Of a DNA stretch of 43,251 nt, positions 24,497 to 34,580 are shown piece by piece (the first letter of the stretch is position 1; every line of letters begins with the position of its first letter). The notes beneath the pieces were generated by a model, which had not been told where the DNA came from, did no database searches, and saw nothing but the letters and a program-made list of their open reading frames with translations. The position numbers and the translations under genes were made by a program. The DNA comes from Folioceros fuciformis. Taxonomy: Eukaryota. The stretch is taken from positions 52,834 through 96,084 of the forward strand of contig JBNGIO010006264.1 of NCBI GenBank assembly GCA_049999805.1, given 5' to 3'.

Positions 24497-27400
24497 ATGG
24501 CTGGAGTGATTGAAGAAAAATTTGAAGCTACCCCAAACTCACCTATGGGTAATGATAATGTTCATCCTCCTACACATTATTATTTTGATGATGGTTTCAA
24601 AGAGAAAGATAGATTCAACGGGAAAGATTATGATATTTGGGCATTACGTATGCGAGGAGCATTGAGACAAAGAGCATTATGGGGCATTGTTGATGGATCC
24701 ATAACGAGACCAAGGTCTGATGATGAACGTGAACTTTAGATTTCCTGGGACGCCAGGGATGAGAAGGCACAAGATTTGTTAATAAGTTGACTCTCTCAAC
24801 AAATGGTCAGGCATGTTGCACATGCAAAAACATCTCATGAAATGTGGTCTCACCTTGCTCAATTATATTCATCACAAGATGTAATGAGCATTGTGGCAGC
24901 TTCTCGTAACTTCCGTAATTTATCCATGAAGGAGTCCGACACTATTGAACATCATATTAATGCTTTTAGACAAGCATGCTCCCAAGTTGAATCTGCAACT
25001 GGTGTACCTATATCTGAGATGGAAGCTTATGTAACCCTTCTATCTTCATTGCCTCCCTCCTATCGTCCATTCATCACTCCTCAAAACGCAGTTATTCGTA
25101 ATTCACGGAGAACTGCAGATGATGGGACAAAGGGTTTTGACATAAGTGTTTCTGAATTGATCGGAGCACTGCTACAGGAGGAGGCAAGTAGGCACCATTC
25201 TCACTCCAGGCTTAATAAACAACAAGTAATGTACTTGCAGAGAGGCAGAGGAAGAGGACGAGGCAGAGGCCAAGGTTTTTCTTCCCAACGTCCTCCATAT
25301 TCTTCGCCGAGTACCAACATTGGAGAGAGTTCTTCATCCACACCTTCAAAGGATAAAAAGAAGAGCGGCATTATATGCAATTGGTGCAGGATTTCTAATC
25401 ATACAGAAAAGGATTGTCGCAAAAAGAAGAATGGTGAACCTTGCAAGGAGGCTTCACAAGGAGTTAATGTAGCTTCCAAAATGCAATCTTCATCAACTCC
25501 AACAGTGCTCACTGTATGTTTGGCATCATCCAAACCTGCTAATACCTCATGGTAATTAGACAGTGGAGCAACATCACATATATGTTACAACAAAAGTTAT
25601 TTTCAGTCATACTCACCAACCACAGGACATCAATCTATCCTCTTGGGAGATGATCACAACCTACCTATTGAAGGTACTGGTTCTATTGTACTAACATGTG
25701 ATTCATGATAAGTCCTCCACCTCCACCAAGTTCTCCATGTTTCATCAATGTGCAAGAATTTATTATCAGTTGCAAGTATTTGTCAAACCCATTCCATGCA
25801 AGTGACCCTTTTTACAGATAGTTGCTTTCTCTCTCATGTAGGTGATAGCAATCATATCATTTGTAGTGGTACTTTAGAAGATGGCCTTTATAAATTGTCT
25901 GTTCTAGTAGGAGGTCAACAATATGCTCATGTCGCCAGTTCTTCGCCTCAAAGTCCCTCTCCCACAATGTTATGGCATTGTCGTCTTGGTCATCCAAATA
26001 GTCAAAAATTAGTACAGATGTCTAAGGCAGGAAATTTATATCGCACACCCTGCCTCTCTCACATTCAACACCTCTCATGGTGTGAGACTTGTGTCATCTC
26101 CCCACAGAGGGCGAAATGTCCTCTAGAGCTTGTTCATATAGATATTTGTTGCCCTATCTCTACACCTTCTTTCAGTGGTAGCAGATATTTTATGACCTTC
26201 ATTGACGACTACTCTCGGTTTACCCTTATCTATATCTTAAGTCATAAAGGAGATGTTTATCGTTACTTCCAAGACTATATGGTATGGGCTGAGAGGTTAA
26301 CCGAAAAGAAACTCAAAACCTTACGTTCTGATAATGGTGGCAAGTTCACTTCCAATCAATTTACGGATTTTTGTCGCCTTCACGGTATTGCTCAACAACT
26401 TACTGTTGTTTATACTCCACAACAAAATGGCGTAGCTGAAAATAAGAATCTACGTCTTCAAGAGATTACTGGCTACCTGTTAAACCAAGCAAATTTACCT
26501 AAGGTATACTGAGCCGAAGCACTCCTCACAGCCACATATCTCATGAATCGACTGCCCACTTCAGCAGTCCAAGATATGACACCTTATGAAGCCTTTATAG
26601 GTAGAAAGCCCTCCATAGAACACCTCCGCATTTTTGGATTTCCGGCATATGTATTTGTCCCCAAGGCATTAAGAAGGAAGTTCGACCCAAAGGCCGTAAA
26701 ATATACCTTTATTGGTTATTCGGAAGGAATCAAGGGTTATAAATTGTTTGATCCTTCTACTAAGAGGCTTCTCTATGCTCGCAGCGTCACTTTTCATGAA
26801 CATTCCCTATTTTCATCTTCAGTGGGAAATGTTTTGCCTCCTTACCTTTCATCTAAAGATATAGAATCTGAATGTTCTTCCTTTGATGCTAGTGACTATA
26901 TTGTGGATTTTCCTGATCTCGCTCTTCGACTTCCCTTCGATAGACCTGTCATGCAGGAGGAGGAATTAGGACCTAAACTGCGTTCTGACACACCCACAAC
27001 CGACACCAACACCGACACACCGGAGGAGGAGGAGCAATTTTCACATTCATCTGATCCCCTTGAGGCCATTTCGGAAAATGCAGTACCTCCTGTTCAAGAA
27101 GACAATGATCAGTTGGAAGCTGATGATGTTGAAGAAATGGACCCTTTAGAACATGAAGATGAACTAGTTCCTGTGGAAGATACACCTGCACCAAGGTACA
27201 ACCTTAGATCACGTCCACTCATCTCNNNNNNNNNNNNNNNNNNNNNNNNNNNNNNNNNNNNNNNNNNNNNNNNNNNNNNNNNNNNNNNNNNNNNNNNNNN
27301 NNNNNNNNNNNNNNNNNNNNNNNNNATCTTCGGCCCTGCTGGTTGGAAAGAACCTCCTTTGGGATATCTTGCTATTTTTCCTGATTCTAAATCTCCTGAG

Positions 27401-29137
27401 TCTCTTTATAATCAAGCTGTGTATGCAGCCACTATAGACTTAGAGGAGCCCCTTACCCTAAAACAAGCCTTCTCCTCTCCCTCCAAACATCTACGGAAGG
27501 TAGCCGTAGACTCAGAGTATAATTCCCTTATTAGTAATTCTACATGGAAATTAGTTGAACCTCCTAAGGGTAGAAAAATAGTAACCAGCAAATGGGTATT
27601 CAAGATAAAGAGAAAAGGAGATGGATCGGTGGAAAGGTATAAAGCACATCTAGTTGCTAGAGGTTTTACTCAAGTCCCTGGACTAGACTACATACCTTGG
27701 GCCACTTATGCTCCTGTAGCTAAGTTCGCTACTATTCATATAATCTTCGCTATATGCACCCAGTATGATCTTGAACTTCATATGATGGATGTGAAAACAG
27801 CATATTTGTATGGGCGCTTGAAAGAAGAAATATATATGAAGCAACCTAAGGGTTATGAGGTAAAAGGCAAGGAGCATTTAGTATGTAAACTTATTAAGGG
27901 TATATATGGACTCAAGCAATCCGGCAAAAATTGGAACTTGACTATCCATGTACAACTCTTGAACAAGGGATTTTAGCAAAGTAAAGGTGATGCTTGCTTA
28001 TATAGTTACCTTAAGAGAAATGATAGGGTCATATCATTTCCCTTAAAGTAACTATATAAGCAAGGGTCCAATGAAGGACCCTTGCTTATATAGTTTAGGG
28101 TTTAGGGTTTAGGGACCCAAGCAAGGACCCACTTTGCTAAAAGAAACCTTTTACTATACGTCGATGACGTTTTTATGGCAACAAACTCTCTCATTCTCCT
28201 AGATGAGATAAAAGCATGGCTTCGGACATTATATGAGATGACCAACCTAGGAGAAATGAATTATGCACTTGGAGTAAATATTATCCGTGACAGGAGTAAT
28301 AAAAAGTTGAGCATAGTTCAAACCAAGTACATAAAGGAGAGTTTAGCAAAGTTTGGAATGGAAGATGCAAAGCTTGCACCTACACCCTTTGCTAGTCGCA
28401 TCAGGCTTTCCTCCGATATGAGTCCTAAGAGGGCTCAACAGAAAATGGAAATGGCATCTGTCCCATATCGACATGCTGTTGGCACTCTTATATATTTATG
28501 CAATTTCACTAGACCTGATATTTCTTTTGAAGTTAGCTCCTGCTCACAGTTTTTGGAGAACCCTGGACACCAACATTGGATGTCAGTTAAGCGTATTTTT
28601 CGATACCTTAAAGGTACTATGCATACAGGGTTGACATTTAAGCATACACCAGCAATCAAAACATTAACACTTACGGCATATGCCGATGCTGATTATGCTG
28701 GTGATCCTGATACTCGAAAATCCGTACCAGGTTATGTTTTACTTCTTGGAGGAGCCCCAATATCATGGTCGAGTAAGAAACAGCCTACCATTGCCTTGTA
28801 TAGTACTGAATCTGAATATAGAGTACTAACATCTGTTTTCAAGGATATAGTATGGTCTAGGCTAGTTTTGAGTGAACTCAATCACCCTCAGCATAACCCA
28901 ACATCTCTTTTCAGTGATAGTCAGGGCGCCATAGCACTTGCTAGAAACCCTGTTCTTCATTCCAGAACCAAACATATAGCTGTTGAGTATCACTATATCA
29001 GAGAGAAATTGGAAGATAAGACCATAGATATCAGTTATATACCAACCCAAAACAACCCAGCTAATCTGTTAACTAAATCATTAGGGAGAGATTTGCATTT
29101 AAAACACATGAAAATGTTAGGCATTCAAGAGGTTTAA
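24497..29137 (+). pseudogene. Copia B gag-pol polyprotein with stops, a gap and an insertion
   Basis: FNGKDYDIWALRM gag start, RG repeat, degenerate knuckle, W*LDSGAT, WHCRLGH, LRSDNGG, TPQQNGVAE, MMDVKTAYL, LYVDD (about 28157), YADADYAG, RTKHIAV. Confidence 0.95.
27993..28146. repeat. Foldback insertion with (TTTAGGG)3 inside copia B reverse transcriptase
   Basis: 32-bp inverted repeat (27993-28024 and 28033-28064), a second hairpin to 28095, telomere repeats at 28094-28114, and an inverted copy of 27971-27982 at 28131-28142. Confidence 0.85.
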
Positions 29138-29332
29138 GTCAGCTAGCTAGCATGTGTAATTGTATTCCCTACAATCCACACATCTTATCTAGCATAGATA
29201 GTTCCTCTCCTAACTCTATATAGTCTTCACTGTACTCCTTATCCTCTCTCTCTAATGCCCAGAAGGATCCTACAATACACTCCATGGGTTATAAAGTGAA
29301 AATGATGAAAAGATAGTACTTAAGTCGTTAGG

Positions 29333-30322
29333 TTACTTACTGTACAAGTGTTTGGTGTGTCCTTCGTATTCTTCACATGGGGAAGCACCCAAACACATCA
29401 TTTTTATTCCTCTCTTTTCACATACATACTCCATGGGAACTTCAAGATCATCCTTTCCTCCAGGAAGAACCAAGTAGGTTGCCTTACATAAATTACCAGC
29501 TGGCAGGTAGGAACTAGGAATTTTCTTCTTTGCACTTGCTCTCTCTTGAGTAGGTCGTAGAGGTAGGGCAAATCTNNNNNNNNNNNNNNNNNNNNNNNNN
29601 NNNNNNNNNNNNNNNNNNNNNNNNNNNNNNNNNNNNNNNNNNNNNNNNNNNNNNNNNNNNNNNNNNNNNNNNNNNCTTCTTTGCTCTCCTGTTGTTGCCA
29701 CTATAACATCCTCTATTTGGTGATCTGCACAAGGATGTGACCTCCAGCTTGGGCTACCATCACAAACAACCTGCTAGGGGGTCTCTTCTTGTTTTATGGA
29801 GTCTTCTGACTCTTTTGAATCTTCATTTATTTTGAAGTCATCATATTCGGCCTTAGTTGGCGGTGCTGGCTTCATCGGATTATCTACATCCACATTTATT
29901 AGCATTTTGTGCAATCAAAATTTTTATACAATTTATCTTGCAATTCATTGACTTACCAGTCACTTTGACTTCTCTCACAACGACCTCGGATTTTTTCATA
30001 AGCATTTGCACCACAAGACGTCATCATCCTCACCAGCTATGTCTTCACTCGTCGCAACAGGTTGACAACACCTTGCGAGAAATTCAGCACTGAAGTTAGG
30101 ATCATCTGGACCTTTCTCAGTACCTAGTATTGGTGCTGCTGCCTCCCGGAACCACACGATGTTTGCACGGTTTGCCAGTTTCCTTTGCTCTTTTCTTCTG
30201 GCAAGTATTTTTCTCTTGGCCATGCGAACTGCTTGCTTAATTTTATTAACACCCATTTTCCGGCCTCATGGAGCTGGGGGGGCATGGAGCCTCCACTCGG
30301 CGTAAACTGCAGCATCAGCCAT
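29333..30322 (-). pseudogene. Decayed antisense gene in the 3' region of copia B, possibly with an intron
   Basis: MADAAVYAEWRLHAPPAP*GRKMGVNKIKQAVRMAKRK...; candidate GTAAGT...TGTAG intron 29956-29884; further ORF pieces down to 29333; interrupted by an N gap. Confidence 0.4.
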
Positions 30323-31190
30323 CTTTAGGTGTATTATACAGACCGGGAATTAAATATTAATATCAACTATTTTCAACAATTTATCAGAAATTGAGTTCAA
30401 AAAAAAAAAATCATCAGAATTTTCAGGCTGCAACACGTGCACCTGGAAATCAGAAAATTTCAGGTGACAACAAGTGCGTGTTTTTTTGGTTGGAACACCA
30501 CACAAATCTTTTGGCTGGATGGTGGCACACTGGGCTCGCTGGATTTCCGACAAAAATCTACAGGCTAGATCGCGACCAGGGCGCGCACTGGGCTAACCGG
30601 ATTGTAGGCTGGAACGCGCTCGCTGATGCGCGATTTCTGGTCTGGATTGCTGCATATCTGGGCAGAATTTTCAAGCTAATCTCAAACAATCTAAATCGCG
30701 GCTTGGGCGCGCGGCTGGCAGTCTTAAATGCGGGCTGGATGGCTGCGCGGCTGGCAAAATTGGTGGCGGCCTGAGGCGCGGCAGATCAGGGCGCACGGCA
30801 GGTTGGATGGATCGCGTTGCGGCGCTCCGGATTGTGGATGGAGCATAAAGCGGGAGGGGGGAGAAGGTGGTTTCTCCCCATTCACCTCCCCGTCCATTAA
30901 TTGCGGGGGGTGGGCGCGGCCCGGCAAACGGGCGCGCGTTCACAACGGGCATCCACGACGGGGCTGTCCGGGCCAACCGGCCCGTACCCGCTCCTGCAAC
31001 GGTACCGACTATATACAAAAAAAAAAAAAAAAACGAAGGAGGTTCTAACCTGTTGGACCTCCAACCTTTATATGAATGGACTAACCACTACACCAATGCA
31101 TTTTGGTCATAAATACATTGGTTTCGCCTGTACTAAACTTTGTATGAGCATAAGTACAAAGGCATTAGACTTCACCCCTATATTCATAGC

Positions 31191-31199
31191 GAGTGGGAG
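31191..31199 (+). promoter_or_regulatory. Polypurine tract (copia B)
   Basis: GAGTGGGAG immediately before the 3' LTR. Confidence 0.85.
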
Positions 31200-31459
31200 T
31201 GATGAAATGGGTCTACATTAGGGCACTATTCATTAGGGCCCCGTAACTTTAAACATTATTATCTACCTAGGGTTTATTTAGGTAGTTAGTGGTTATATTA
31301 GTTATATTAGTTGTAATCGCTTACGGTTGCAACTACTTATGGTTGCAACAATAAGTTGTTGCAACCGCCCAACCACCTAGCCTATTTAAAGGCTTGTACT
31401 TTACTCATTAATTGATTCCGTTTTTTTCTTTCCTATCTGAGAGCTATTGATTCTCATCA
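31200..31459 (+). repeat. Copia B 3' LTR
   Basis: Matches the 5' LTR except for about 7 substitutions, loss of one 16-bp unit and a microinversion. Confidence 0.95.
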
Positions 31460-31787
31460 TCTTCATCCAGTGAGCATCGGAGGGTGTTGCCTCATGCTTA
31501 ACCCGTCTCAGTCCACTCGTGGTGATGTCGTGACGAAGGCGAAGAGGAGCAGCATCTGGACGGTAGTCTGTGACAGCCTGTGCAGGAACATCGTCTTCGA
31601 CAGGAACATTTGCAGGAGGAGTGTCGCGAGGAGCCGCCATAGCTACAACAACAATAACGTGTTCAGAGACCTTAGACTTCTTTACAGCAGGCGGACTCAG
31701 ACTGATCTCGAAGTTGGAACCTGGCCCTGAAGCTGGCGACGCAACTAGCTGTCTTGAAGTCCCTAGCCCAGCACCATACCGTTCCAT
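31460..31787 (-). CDS. 5' half of copia A antisense ORF, split by element B
   Basis: MERYGAG...MAAPRDTPPANVPVEDD...AHWMK continues in frame at 23785 across the TSD. Confidence 0.6.
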
Positions 31788-31989
31788 CTAGTTGAGCTCT
31801 TGGAGCCTGCAGCAGAAGACAGCGTCTTGTATTCCTGAGCTGAGATTTGAAGCCAAAGATCTGACGCCGACATGCGCGAGTGGGAGTTGAAGTGTTGGTT
31901 TGCAACTCCTCGTGTTCGTACTGCGCTGGCGACCAATTAATTTCGGTTCGATTAATAAACACTTATAGAGTACCTAAGCACTTCGCAAT

Positions 31990-31998
31990 GAGTGGGAG
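31990..31998 (+). promoter_or_regulatory. Polypurine tract (copia A)
   Basis: GAGTGGGAG immediately before the 3' LTR; identical to the PPT of element B. Confidence 0.85.
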
Positions 31999-32195
31999 TG
32001 TTGAATAGTTAATTAAAAGTTAACTTACATTGCTATTGTGCTTAGGGTTAGAACTTCAGGTAGTTAGGTTAAGTTGACGATTATAACTACCTATGCTATT
32101 TTAGAGACTCGGACAAGACCCAGATACTAATCTTTCCTTTTTTTCAATTCTATTCTTCCTTGATGTGCATATAGAACACATTTAATATGTGAACA
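31999..32195 (+). repeat. Copia A 3' LTR
   Basis: Direct repeat of 17719-17915, followed by TSD TAAAC. Confidence 0.95.
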
Positions 32196-33389
32196 TAAAC
32201 ATAGCAAGATTGGCATAGCCTCCCCCCATATGGCTCGTAGAGCACCTATTTCAGCAGCAGCATCATCCACAAAGAAAGCACTGGGTTGCCATAGTGGACT
32301 GTGATGCCGTATATGCATTTGAAATGCATACAACCATGCCCGGATATCCTCCAGTTTACCACTGTCCGTGATAATCCAAGCAGCATGGACTCCACTATAG
32401 TAATTATCAAAGACCAACAAGGTGTACAAGTGGAACTTGTACTTATTGGTACCAAAAGTGGCCTCAAGGGAGATCACATTATTATTTTCAAATTGAAGCA
32501 TCATAGACCTTTGCACCCCTAGTGTGAAGGGGTCCTGAATTGGAATGGTACCATACGATGTTATTGTGATGTTATGTTATTCTGTCCACATCTAAACACT
32601 TACCTCATCATTCGGATGATACTGGTAAAAGCTTGTGGTAACAGTTGATGCAATGTTATCAATGTCATGAGGTTGAAGGAATTCATCACGATAGGGTTCA
32701 TAACTAGATGCCTGTGCTTTCAGATCCAGTCTTTGAACGTGCTCTAAATAGATATGTCTTTTAGTGGCTCCTGCAAAAAGTCTGTGTTGGACCCATGTCC
32801 GTATCTCACTACACAAATGAGCAGCAAACCTTGCCTGTGGGTTTGCATTGTACTGAGAGCCATGACAAATTTCACCAGAGTTGTCAATGTGTTGGTTATG
32901 GACAATAAACATTGCTGCAAGATGAGGCCAACAAGCAAGCTGCTTAACATCAAAGTGGTGTTGACAACCATGCTTCACACTAGAGAGTCTTAATATCTTG
33001 CCTTTGCGTTTCCCTGTGCTTTGAGATGCCTGTATAGCTAGCTCGTTGCTACGAAAATGTGTTCCTCCAAAGGCACACCAATACTTGGTGTGCCTAAGCC
33101 AAGACCACATGTTTTGTCTATGTACAACGTTAGTTTCCCTTGCTTTTCTGTCAATTTCTTTCTAGAACTAGGTAGGAAATGAGTGGTCCATACTATCTCC
33201 GTGGAGCAAGTCCTCCACTCTATCCCACCGAATGATGGTGACATTCGTACATTTTCTTTCAAGCAACACTTGTCTGCCGATGACAACAAAAGATAATGTC
33301 AAATCAAGAACTCTGAAAGGACCTTGCGGTGGTTCTTGTACCTCCCACCCAATTGGCCGATCAAGACCAACTATTGCTTCTATACTCAT
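32196..33389 (-). pseudogene. MULE transposase, N-terminal part; stops present
   Basis: YWCAFGG...KHGCQHHFDVKQL...HIDNSGEICHG; ISLEATFGTNKYKFHLYTLLVFD...AAWII...FFVDDAAAEIGAL...LLCL, i.e. the MULE domain up to the CxxH motif. Confidence 0.85.
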
Positions 33390-33446
33390 GACTTGAAATC
33401 ATGACTTGAAATGTTGGACACTTGATAGATTGACGTTCAGAGTGAG

Positions 33447-33529
33447 TGGTGAAGGCACTCGCGAGGTTGAGCAGTTGGTGAAGGCACTCACGAGTTTGAG
33501 CGGTTGGTGAAGGCACTCGCGAGTTTGAG
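33447..33529. repeat. 29-bp tandem repeat, three copies, in the MULE leader
   Basis: TGGTGAAGGCACTCGCGAG(G/T)TTGAGC.GT three times. Confidence 0.85.
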
Positions 33530-34580
33530 TGCATAATGTAAGTGGAATATAGAGCCTAATAGTGTTCATGGCGTCGTGATCCATTCATCCAAAAAATTAT
33601 GTCGCCCGCAGGCTTAACTACGATGCTTGGATGGATGCATGTTCGTAAGGCCACCACTAGCATGCATCCCATATGCCGGTGGTAACAAAAAACCGGAATA
33701 TGAGTGGCGGGGCTCACGTATGAAGACACGCTTGCATTAATAACTTGACGAGTTTTAGGAATCGGAGAAATGTAAGGGGTGATGCTTAACAAAGGCCTAA
33801 AAGATATAGACCGTTCGCACATATAACAAGTCAGACGCCACTAATGGTGCCCCGCACGATCCGCTTCGTCTCCGTCCGGTACCCGCTATACGCGGAACGT
33901 TTACGGACGGAGGCCAATCTCAATGTGAGTAGCCCTTGAGAATGTCCTGATGGGTACATGCTATCCCTCGACTCGGTCTGCCCATGTTTGGTTTTTCCCT
34001 ATTCTGCAGCCTGAAACAGTTGCATTGCAGCTGAACTAGGATCCTTAGATCCAATTATCTGTTGTGTGAAGGCAAACGCAGCCTTTTGTCATAACATCCC
34101 CACTTGGTGAAAACACCCAGCTTAAAATTAAGTTGGAGAGCAGTTCAAGGGCCATTTGAAGGAACGGGGGTTGCACAGCAAATAATCACGCCACGCTAAA
34201 ACCAGGGAAGCTGGGGATCGTAGCAGAAATGCTTTCATGTACTCTATCTCTATGCCAGGACACTTGTGTAGCCAGGGAACATTGTGACCCGCACGATATG
34301 CTCGCAGGAGCTTCTTCAAGGGAATTTGATCAGTCACTCAAGCTTCTAGGACAACAAGCGTGAGATGCTGAATTTAGAACTGCCGGTTATTTTGGGCGCC
34401 GCATAGAACGGGTGGTTCTCGCAGCTACGAAGAGACTGAATCACCTTGTCGTTCTCCATGGATAGTGGCCGAAAGTTGAGAACAGGTCCTCAGTGACGGT
34501 CTTGTCACAGCTTGATGCCTTCTTTGGAGAGGGCGGGCTGGGAAACACTGCGAAGTTGACGATTGCATCACGAAGCTTAT

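Larger units (their letters stand above)
23791..31459 (+). mobile_element. Ty1/copia LTR retrotransposon B (full length, degenerate), nested in the 3' region of A
   Basis: LTRs TGATGAAATG...TCTCATCA (276 and 260 bp), TSD TCTTC (23786-23790 and 31460-31464), PBS, PPT, copia domain order. Confidence 0.95.
17719..32195 (+). mobile_element. Ty1/copia LTR retrotransposon A (full length, degenerate); hosts element B
   Basis: 197-bp TG...CA LTRs, 5-bp TSD TAAAC (17714-17718 and 32196-32200), Met-tRNA PBS, PPT, gag-PR-IN-RT-RH order. Confidence 0.95.
15790..33766 (-). mobile_element. Mutator-like DNA transposon (MULE), interrupted by nested copia elements
   Basis: 37-bp TIRs at 15790-15826 and 33730-33766 (3 mismatches), flanked by a perfect 9-bp TSD GAAATGTAA (15781-15789 and 33767-33775); contains a split MULE/SWIM transposase. 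Confidence 0.9.

Noticed and set aside
31017-31033. Poly(A) run in copia B, as a possible SINE or retrocopy tail
   Set aside because: No flanking TSD or pol III boxes could be identified.
33840-34560. Small hairpin (CTCCGTCCG...CGGACGGAG) and a 69-aa minus-strand ORF
   Set aside because: Too short, no recognisable family, and may overlap the methyltransferase 3' region.
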